DNA of 54,461 nucleotides from a virus (Duplodnaviria; Caudoviricetes): IMG/VR virus record IMGVR_UViG_3300025322_000026, positions 1 to 54,461 of that record; one strand, 5' to 3'. Shown piece by piece: positions 53,894 to 54,461 of this stretch (position 1 is its first letter; each line of letters starts with the position of its first letter). The notes under the pieces were generated by a model. It saw only the letters and a program-made list of their open reading frames with translations, ran no database searches and was not told where the DNA came from. The position numbers and the translations under genes were made by a program.

Positions 53894-54217
53894 CTATCGA
53901 TCAATCTCTGGAACTTTCCGCAACTCTCGCAGGAAATCCAGAGTGGCATTCAGTTCGGCACGCTCATGCGTTGCATAAACATCGACCACACCAAGCATAA
54001 ACCGTTGATCTTCTTCGTTCAGGGGTGATAGGTCTCCTGAGATCGCCGCCTGAGTTATTCCAATGCACCAATCAAGGTTATGGTCGAAAACGTTGTCATC
54101 ATCCAAGACGATATGGGCTGGGCCATATGCTGCGAATGGCCATTGCCTATTGAATGCCTCAATCTTATCGAATGTCTCCTGTGAGAGCCTTTCATCATCG
54201 ACGCACTGTTGGCACAT
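53894..54217 (-). CDS. Hypothetical protein
   Basis: MCQQC start; GPAHIVLDDDN; GAGGA RBS. Confidence 0.6.
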   Translation of the reverse strand: MCQQCVDDERLSQETFDKIEAFNRQWPFAAYGPAHIVLDDDNVFDHNLDWCIGITQAAISGDLSPLNEEDQRFMLGVVDVYATHERAELNATLDFLRELRKVPEIDR

Positions 54218-54230
54218 AACCTTGTCCTCG

Positions 54231-54271
54231 TTCCCGCTGAGCGGGAAAGGATTCAACAACTGAATTTTGGA
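54231..54271 (-). repeat. 41-bp double-palindrome repeat, copy 3 (inverted)
   Basis: Reverse complement TCCAAAATTCAGTTGTTGAATCCTTTCCCGCTCAGCGGGAA; intergenic. Confidence 0.9.
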
Positions 54272-54276
54272 TCAGA

Positions 54277-54461
54277 TCATTCTGACCGCGTGAAAATCCC
54301 GTTCTGTCCCCATCGCTCGATCTGATCTGCGATCCTCTGGACCTGCTTCGCCAAGAGAAGAGTCGCCTCGGCCTGGCGGTAATGTGCCAGCGGTTTCGCT
54401 TCCTCGATCTCACCTTCTAGTTCTGCTCTGACTACATGCAAGGCGACATCAATCTCGTTAG
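54277..54461 (-). CDS. Partial hypothetical protein (5' end outside the window)
   Basis: Open frame ..NEIDVALHVVRAELEGE...IFTRSE* running from the window edge. Confidence 0.55.
   Translation of the reverse strand, partial: NEIDVALHVVRAELEGEIEEAKPLAHYRQAEATLLLAKQVQRIADQIERWGQNGIFTRSE

Noticed and set aside
1-54461. Complete circular genome, integrase/att site, tRNA genes
   Set aside because: The right edge cuts an ORF, there is no terminal redundancy, and no replication, integrase or cloverleaf sequences were recognised; lifestyle cannot be determined from this window.

Overview
About 54 kb of a tailed (siphovirus-type) phage or prophage, almost all on the - strand. In transcription order (right to left): small early genes with a RecT/Redβ-like annealing protein; terS, terL and portal; glycosylation cluster 1 (GT4, GT2, methyltransferase, and a GT-A enzyme with polypeptide-GalNAc-transferase-like motifs); head-module accessory proteins (LamG, beta-helix, and a 998-aa protein that is about nine-tenths Ser/Thr); head morphogenesis protein, protease/scaffold and major capsid; glycosylation cluster 2 (GT-A, O-methyltransferase, GT10-like, FkbM, sulfotransferase, GT4-GT2-GT2 fusion); adaptor, tail tube, chaperones, tape measure, Dit and Tal; and a lysis region that contains an LCP operon. 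Best candidates for new biology: (1) a phage-encoded mucin-like protein with its own O-glycosylation, methylation and sulfation enzymes, i.e. a possible virion glycocalyx; (2) three antisense HNH cassettes sharing TCCA...TCCT boundaries at Shine-Dalgarno-like AGGA sites, one splitting the GH25 endolysin with an exact in-frame GGA/GGA junction; (3) a dispersed 41-bp double-palindrome intergenic repeat. All family calls come from motifs recognised by eye; no searches were run. A Chloroflexota (Anaerolineae-like) host is an inference. No integrase, tRNA, rRNA or CRISPR array was seen.
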